The position numbers were made by a program, and so were the translations under genes. Below, in pieces: positions 55,318-64,000 of a stretch of 64,000 nt of DNA (the stretch's first letter is position 1; each line of letters begins with the position of its first letter). Origin of the DNA: Octopus vulgaris (taxonomy: Eukaryota); NCBI GenBank assembly GCA_951406725.2, contig OX597819.1, positions 71,052,001 through 71,116,000 of the forward strand. The letters are read 5' to 3'. The notes under the pieces were generated by a model that worked only from the letters and a program-made list of their open reading frames with translations, had not been told where the DNA came from and did no database searches.

Positions 55318-55804
55318 TTCTAAGGGACAGGAGATTGTCCCCATTCAACTAAAATTTGATCATTTACGAAAAATAACCGGAACTTAATGTAGTATGTATG
55401 TGTTACGTGCTGTTACTGAGTTAGCTTAATGGGAAGAAACAGGAAACAACTTCTGCAATGGTCAGCGCCGTTGCTAGAAATGGCAGCCAAATGACATCAG
55501 ACATACTCTCAAGCAATTATATATTTAGCCATAACTATAGATGTGTACCCCACGGATATTGTTGCATCATAAATAGCAGAAAAGTGGATTCTTGTAAACG
55601 AAACCTTCAACAAATCTCGCGTAAATTCTGTGGATTCAGAGTACATAGGGATTTATGGTAAAGAGGGTTTCGAGTGAGCGGGGAGAGGAGTATCGAAAAA
55701 TTCACACGACCCGACACTTTTCCCTCATAACTTTCAAGAAAATGAGTATGTTTTTATGAAAGTTTATACAAAATAGCTTTCAAACTGGATAGATTGCGAT
55801 TATA

Positions 55805-56580
55805 ATGTCTTCATGTGAACGTGACCTGGGTGTTATTGTCGACAGTGATTTGCGTTGGACAAAACACATCGCTAAAATTGTCAAGAAGGCTGAGGGTGTC
55901 TTGGCATCACTCACCAAATCCTTTGTGAGCCGCTCTCCGGCTATCTATCTGCGGCTTTATATAGCTATGGTAAGACCTCACCTGGAATTTGCATTACCGG
56001 TCTGGAACCCCTATCTTGCCCAGGATATCAATCGTCTGGAAGCTGTTCAGCGACGTGCAACCAAAAGAATACCCTCCATCAGGCATTTGCCATATCCTGA
56101 ATGCCTTACTTCCCTGGGCATGGACACATTGAAACTCCGACGTCTGGCAGCTGACTTGGCAGACACCCATAAAATTATCAACCATCGTACAAACAATAAC
56201 TCTGAGCACCTTTTCAAACTCCACCCATCTAACACCCGTGGATATATTTACAAAGTAAGAAAACAGCACAGCTCCCATGACTTCAGGAAACATTTTTTCA
56301 CGCTGAGAGTTGCTGAAGCATGGAACAAACTGCCGGCATCAGTTGTTAGTTGTCGGAGCACTGCATCCTTCAAAACTTCCATGCTTCCTGAGATTCGCCA
56401 ACACTACACTTGATTTTCTCCCCTCCATACACACACAAGCATATATCTGACTCATACATTGTTCGCTTTCCAGACATTTCTACATTACTGCATGTACTTT
56501 ATATGCACTTTCTGACAAGTTGTGGTGCACCTGAGCACTGTATACAATAATTTCATTATTTATTATTTATTATTTTAAAA
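55805..56580 (+). mobile_element. 5'-truncated CR1/L2-type LINE
   Basis: ERDLGVIVDSDL...VRPHLEFA.PVWNPY...LEAVQRRATK...RRL..DL; (ATT)-rich tail; absent from the paralogous site at about 59405. Confidence 0.92.
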
Positions 56581-57176
56581 AATATATTTATAAAGAGATT
56601 TGTGGGGAAAAGTTTTTCCGAGGGTTTGGAAAGAGGAGTGTCGGAAAAATGGAGATTCGAATGAAGAAGACTACATAAGTTGGAATTTTTTTGTTTTCAT
56701 GGTGATTTTTTTCTCCATTGTTTTTCTTCACCACGGCCTCAAAATGATGTGGGCGTGGGTGGGAGGGCATCTTTTTATGAAAAAATTGTTTTGAAATTTT
56801 TTGATCATTTTTTTCACTCCATACCATCCCACGCCGGACCAGTTTTGGCCAATTTTGTGGCACTTAAAAACTATGGGAGGAGCCGTTTCGGTAAACATTA
56901 AAAAAATAAAAATAGAAATGTAAATATTTCAAAGAAAAAGGTGTGCGATACAAGAAAGATTTGGCTGTTGTTTCCATCACATCCGTGGACCACCCTCCTC
57001 ATAATCACTCTCACATGTATCGATGTTTTTTACAATATTTTCTTCTCAGTCAACACGTTTTTTGGAATGATGACACCGAAGTTGCACACGCCTGATCCAT
57101 TTGTGGGATAGAAGGAAAACAAAAAAAAAAGAAATATTTTAATTAAAATTTTTACCTCGACTTCAGTCAAGCGAGG

Positions 57177-57242
<66 letters not shown>

Positions 57243-57639
57243 GTGTGTAAGAACAAATACTTTCTACTAGAAAAGTATGCTATTAAAATGAATCATCTTT
57301 TACATACCTCTTATTTTAAAAAAATCACTGTGGGTAAATAGCAGCGAAGACTTTCTCAGGTTCTCCAGGTATTTCCTGTTCCCTCGCATTAAGTGAACTC
57401 ATTAACAACAGTATATAAAGAAATTGAACTCATTAACAACAAACAGCATGTCACACACACATACTGCATTAACTTCCATTTAGTTTTCGTAAACAACCAA
57501 ATTTTCCTTGAATGAGAATTATCTCCTGCCCCTTTCAAGTATATAGTTCCAGATTTAAGAAGAACAATTTGTAGCTGAGTCTAAGTACCTTTCATACGAA
57601 GTTTTAAGACGATTGGTTAAATGGTTTTTAAGTGCATTG

Positions 57640-58045
57640 AGAACAAACGGAAATTTATATATCAAAGAAGACCAGGAGCCATACGTTCCCTGCATAATCC
57701 AGGATCATAACACATACATACATTGTAACGCAATTTCTTTTCTTGGACAGGCCCTGCCCTATTTAACATTGTCCTGAAACAAATGAAAGAGAAAAAAGAT
57801 TCCATCATCTTGAAATGGAATTTGGATAAATTTCTTCAAGGAATACCAGATAAACCACCTACATCTGGATACAGCTCACTCAACAAGAACTCCCATCGCC
57901 TGATGCAATTAAGATCCGTGAGGTGTTCATTGAAGATTTTCCCTGCCCCACTTCCCAAGGATTGGGATAAACGAATCTCGGCATAATTATTTGTAGACAT
58001 GGTCTGGGACAATCCTTGGTCGAAACATATCTAAGTTATCTATGA
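57640..58045 (+). mobile_element. Short 3' fragment of a LINE
   Basis: GPALFNIV...LDKFLQGIPDKPPTSGY resembles CR1/L2-group ORF2 C-termini. Confidence 0.55.
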
Positions 58046-58063
58046 CATACATACATATATTGT

Positions 58064-58138
<75 letters not shown>

Positions 58139-58405
58139 ATTGGTGAATTGAAGAAATGGAGCTGTTCAATCTGAACGCAGATTGAACAGAAATCGTTTTA
58201 TAAAACGATTTCTGTTCAATCTGCGTTCAGCTCCATTTCTTCAATTCACCAATAATGTTTTAATTTCAATTATCCGCACCAACGCACGGTTGCAACACCA
58301 TATGGTTGTACCTCCAACCGTGCTGTTTACTGCTGTGATTTTTGCTACTAAGGTATCGGTTAAACTTTTGATTAATCTACTACAAGATTATTCATCTTTC
58401 TATTT

Positions 58406-58455
<50 letters not shown>

Positions 58456-58597
58456 TATGTATATATATATATATATATACATGTATATATACATTTTATA
58501 ATTTTATACGTAATTATAACAATGGCTTGGCTTGCACTTCACCACGTACTGTAAAATAGACGTCAAAAGACACTATTGCCACCATAAATTCTCCGAG

Positions 58598-58679
<82 letters not shown>

Positions 58680-58818
58680 TTCCGAATTTGTAAAAAGAAA
58701 AAAAAAATGTAAATATTTTCTGAAGAAAAAGTGTCTGATTTATGGGAGATTTGGTTGTTGTTTCGAGCATATCCTTAGACACACACACACACACACACAA
58801 ACACAGAGACACACAGGC

Positions 58819-58909
<91 letters not shown>

Positions 58910-60525
58910 TATATATATACTTTTAAGGGACAGGAGATTGTCCCCATTCAACTAAAATTTGATCATTTACGAAAAATAACCGGAACTTAATGTGGTATGT
59001 GTGTGTTACGTGCTGTTACTGAGTTAACTTAATGGGAAGAAACAGGAAACAACTTCTGCAATGGTCAGCGCCGTTTCTAGAAATGACAGCCAAATGACAT
59101 CAGACGTACTCTCAAGCAATTATATATTTAGGCATAACTATAGATTTGTACCCCACGAATATTGGTGCATCATAAACAGCAGAAAAGTGGATTCTTGTAA
59201 ACGAAATCTTCAACAAATCTCGCGTAGATATTGTGGATTCAGAGCACATAGGGATTTATGGTAAAGAAGTTTTCGAGTGAGTGGGGAGAGGAGTATCGGA
59301 AAATTCACACGACCCGACTCTTTTCCCTCATAACTTTCAAGAAAATGAGTATGTTTTTATGAAAGTTTATACAAAATAGCTTTCAAACTGGATAGATTGC
59401 GATTATAAAGAGATTTGTGGGGAAAAGTTTTTCCGAGGGTTTGGAGAGAGGAGTGTCGGAAAAATGGAGATTCGAATGAAGAAGACTACATAAGTTGGAA
59501 TTTTTCTGTTTTCATGGTGATTTTTTTCCATTGTTTTATTTTTTTTCTTCACCACACACTCAAAATGATGTGGGCGTGGGTAGGAGGGCATCTATTTTAT
59601 GAAAAAAATGTTTTGAAATTTTTTGATCCGTTTTAGTCTCCTCAAAATCCCACGCCGGACCAATTTTGGCCAATTTTGTGGCACTTAAAAACTATGGGAG
59701 GAGCCGCTTCGATAAAAAAAAATAAGAAGAATGAAAAAGTAAATATTTCAAAGAAAAAGGTGTGCGATACAAGAAAGATTTGGCTGTTGTTTCTAGCACA
59801 TCCGAAAGCCACACGCCTAGTATTCACTCACATGTTTTTGATGTATTGATGTTTTCTTCCCACAAGGCGGCGAACTGGCAGAATCGTTAGAACTCCGGGC
59901 GAAATGCTTACCGTGTATATCGTTTGTCTTTATGTTCTGAGTTCAAATTCCTCTAAGGTCGACTCTGCCTTTTATTCTTTCGCGTCGATAAATTAAGTAC
60001 CAGTTGCGTACTGGCGTCGATCTAAAATACTCACCCCTTCCACAAAGTTTCGGGACCATGCGACCATGCGGGAGTTCCGGCTTTAGTCAAACAAATTGAC
60101 TCCAGGACTTATTCTTTATAAGCCTAAAACTTATTCTATCAGACTGTTTTGATCATTTTTTTCACTCCATACCATCCCACGCCGGACCAGTTTTGGCCAA
60201 TTTTGTGGCACTTAAAAACTATGGGAGGAGCTGTTTCGGTAAACATTAAAAAAATAAAAATAAAAATGTAAATATTTCAAAGAAAAAGTTGTGCGATACA
60301 AGAAAGATTTGGCTGTTGTTTCTATCACATCCGTGGACCACCCTCCTCATAATCACTCCCATATGTATCGATGTTTTTTACAATATTTTCTTCTCAGTCA
60401 ACACATTTTATGGAATGATGACGCCGAAGTTGCACACGCCTGATCCATTTGTGGGATAGAAGGAACAAAAAAAAAAAAGAAATATTTTAATTAAAATTTG
60501 TTACCTCGACCTCAGTCAAGCGAGG

Positions 60526-60575
<50 letters not shown>

Positions 60576-60877
60576 GTGTAAGAACAAATACTTTCTACTA
60601 GAAAAGTATGCTATTAAAATGAATCATATTTTACATACCTCTTATTTAAAAAAAAATCACTGTGTGTAAATAGCAGCGAAGACTTTCTCAGGTTCTCCAG
60701 GTGTTTTCTGTTCCCTCGCATTAAGTGAACTCATTAACAACATTATATAAAGAAATTGAACTCATTAACAACAAACAGCATGTCACACACACATACTGCA
60801 TTAACTTCCATTTATTTTTCGTAAATGATCAAATTTTAGTTCAATGCGGACAATCTCCTGTCCCTTAAAAGTATATG

Positions 60878-60958
<81 letters not shown>

Positions 60959-61252
60959 ATATATATATATATATATGTATGTATGTATACATTTGTGTGT
61001 CTGTTTCTGTCCCCATCATCACTTGACAATCGATGCTGGTGTGTTTACGTCCCCGTAAATTAGCGGTTTTGGCCAAAGGGACTGATAGAATAAGTTTTAG
61101 GCTTATAAAGAATAAGTCCTGGAGTCAATTTGTTTGACTAAAGGCGGAACTCCCGCATGGTCGCAGTCTAATGACTGAAATATATATACATACATTCATA
61201 CATACATATGTATATAAATATATATATACATATACACGCATGCATACACTCA

Positions 61253-61352
<100 letters not shown>

Positions 61353-61474
61353 ATTCACATATATATATACACGCAGACACGACCCATAGATATATATATG
61401 TATATATATTTTATTTTATAGAAGGAGCTTCTACAGGACTAGAACTGTTTCATTCAAATGAAATCATCAGGAAG

Positions 61475-61523
61475 GCTTCCTGATGATTTCATTTGAATGA
61501 AACAGTTCTAGTCCTGTAGAAGC
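61475..61523 (+). ncRNA. Type I hammerhead ribozyme family I; mirrored copy on the minus strand at 61427-61474
   Basis: gcttc-CTGATGA-tttc attt gaat-GAAAC-ag ttctagtc ct-GTA-gaagc, inside a perfect palindrome at 61410-61540. Confidence 0.82.
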
Positions 61524-61610
61524 TCCTTCTATAAAATAAATTAATTTACTCTGCTATGTATTGAGTACCTTATTTACTGTGGTTAACCCCGACTCAACCC
61601 GGGACCTACA

Positions 61611-61698
<88 letters not shown>

Positions 61699-63475
61699 TG
61701 TATGTATATTGATATATATATACACACACACACACACAGGCTCACACACAATATATAATGATATGTAAAGGTAACATCCAAGGACCAAGGCGGAGGAAGT
61801 TAGTAAGCTTAAGACTAGTCCGTAGAAGATTGTAAATTTTTCCTATATCGAAGTATGATAAACTGAGATAGTTATTCTATAGTTGACGGTTAGCAGCAGG
61901 GGTTGCTGTGGATGCGAATAAAAAATCCCAAATCAGGGAGAAAAGAGTATTTCAAATTTTTGAATAAAATCTCATTATTATCTTGAACCCGGGAAACGCC
62001 GGGTAAATCTGTTAGCGTATATGTGTGTGTGTGTATGTATGCATATACACACACATACACTTGAAAAAGTACCCGCTCATCTTCTCTTCCCCCTCCAGAC
62101 ACGTTTTGGCCAATTTCTTCTTCTTTTTTCTGCACTTAAAATCTATGGGAGGAATCTTTGGGGTAAAATAAAAAAAATTATAGATATTTTCAGAGCAAAA
62201 TGTATCCGATCTACGGCAGATTTGGCTGTTGTTTCTAGCACATCCCAAGACAACCTTCTCCGTTTCTTTCTCAATCTCGCATGCATTGATATCTGTCAAA
62301 ATCTTTTTCTCACCATAAATATATTTATGTTAAAAAAAAAAATTGAGAATTTATATTTTTCAACCCCACTTCCCGAACCCTATTGTATCTGCTTATAATT
62401 TAAAATATTGAAGAACCTCAGAAGGTCATCGATGCCATTTATCCACACTGATTTCATTTAAAATACGAGGTATGTAAAAAGATAATTTCTTTTTAAAAGC
62501 ATACTTTTCTAGAAGAAAATATTTGTTCCTACAAACACACACGGCCTCGCTTGATTGAGGTTGGGGTAGAAATTTTAATTATTATTATTATTATTATTGT
62601 TTTTTGTCCCATCAATCCCACCAAAGGATTAGGCGTGCGTTACTTTGGCATCATCATTCCATAAAATGTGTTGCGTGAGAGGAAAATATTCTTTTCTACT
62701 CTAGGAATAAGGCCCGAAACTTTGTGGGAGGGGTGAGTATTTTAGATCGACGCCAGTATGCAACCGGTACTTAATTTATCGACGCGAAAGAATAAAAGGC
62801 AGAGTCGACCTTAGAGGAATTTGAATTCAGAACGTAAAGACAAACGATATACACGGTAAGCATTTCGCCCGGAGTGCTAACGATTCTGCCAACTCGCCGC
62901 CTTGGGGGAAGAAAACATCAATACATCAAAAACATGTGAGTGAATACATGTGAGAGTGAATACGAGGAGTGTGGCTTTCGGATTTGCTAGAAACAACAGC
63001 CAAATCTTTCTTGTATCGCACACCTTTTACTTTGAAATATTTACTTTTTCATTCTTTTTTTTTTTTTTATCTAAGCGGCTCCTCCCATAGTTTTTAAGTG
63101 CCACAAAATTGGCCAAAACTGGTCCGGCGTGGGATTTTGAGGAGAGTAAAAAGGATCAAAAAATTTCAAAACATTTTTTTCATAAAATAGATGCCCTCCC
63201 ACCCACGCTCACATCATTTTGAGGCTGTGGTGAAGAAAAAAAATAAAACAATGGAAAAAATCACCATGAAAACAGAAAAATTCCAACTTATGTAGTCTTC
63301 TTCATTCGAATCTCCATTTTTCCGACACTCCTCTCTCCAAACCCTCGGAAAAACTTTTCCCCACAAATCTCTTTATAATCGCAATCTATCCAGTTTGAAA
63401 GCTATTTTGTATAAACTTTAGTATAAATTTTAGTTGAATGGGGACAATCTCCTGTCCCTTAAAAGTATATATATA

Positions 63476-63513
<38 letters not shown>

Positions 63514-63866
63514 TGTCTTAGTTATTAATCAATTTCACCAATTCCTTTTACATACTGAATACTTGGTCCTTTTACCATGGTCCTTTTACATACTGAATAC
63601 TTGGTGAAATTGATTAATAACTAATTAATTTTACCCTAAATTGTTGAAATTATAATTCATTTCTCTCTGTTTATTGCCTCGGTTTTCACCGCTAAAATAT
63701 GGTGTTTGCTAGTTTGGCCCACGTGGGTGGAAGGGGAGAGCAGGAATTCTTCGCTTGCATATTTTGAATTTGTTGGCACTGTCAGTTTGAACGGGTCGTC
63801 TGAGGTGTTAAGTCGCCAAAAGGGTATGTTCCTACTTTCAGTGTTTCCAAATCCAAATTAAGAAAT

Positions 63867-63929
63867 TTTGGGCTGACGAAAGAAATGTCGAATTTTATTT
63901 GGCTGATCTAGAAACGTAACGTTCTCAAA
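63867..63929 (+). ncRNA. Type I hammerhead ribozyme family J in an element starting about 63520 and running off the window
   Basis: tttggg-CTGACGA-aaga...tcta-GAAAC-g taa c-GTT-ctcaaa; short inverted 5' segment at 63520-63625. Confidence 0.7.
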
Positions 63930-64000
63930 TAATCTTTGTTCTTGTGATTTTTTAATGCTTTTTACCCCCATACCTTCGTGGGTTATTTTGAGTAAACACT

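Overview
AT-rich, microsatellite-dense eukaryotic DNA. The SINE families and repeat landscape suggest an octopus genome (inference). Two things stand out. (1) A spliced minus-strand gene that the ORF track cannot show. It has five coding exons (40885-40894, 35004-35173, 32872-32997, 29345-29563, 27603-27758), canonical GT-AG sites and intron phases 1-0-0-0. It encodes a 226-aa protein with a predicted signal peptide, lies behind a TATA box and a perfect NF-kB site, and has the architecture of a long-chain class I helical cytokine (IL-6/G-CSF/GH type). (2) About ten sequence-distinct families of short non-coding elements, mostly sitting in (TA)n tracts. They carry type I hammerhead ribozyme folds and are arranged as partial tandem repeats and fold-back inversions, i.e. 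retrozyme-like or Penelope pseudo-LTR-like elements. One family shows the compensatory U3-A8 core, and one two-ribozyme 496-nt unit lies in the sense orientation in intron 1 of the gene. The rest is decayed Penelope-like (GIY-YIG) elements, R4/Dong-type and CR1-type LINE fragments, a full-length dead mariner, tRNA-derived SINEs, local duplications and microsatellites. Nearly all listed ORFs are microsatellite artefacts. All folds and alignments were done by eye.
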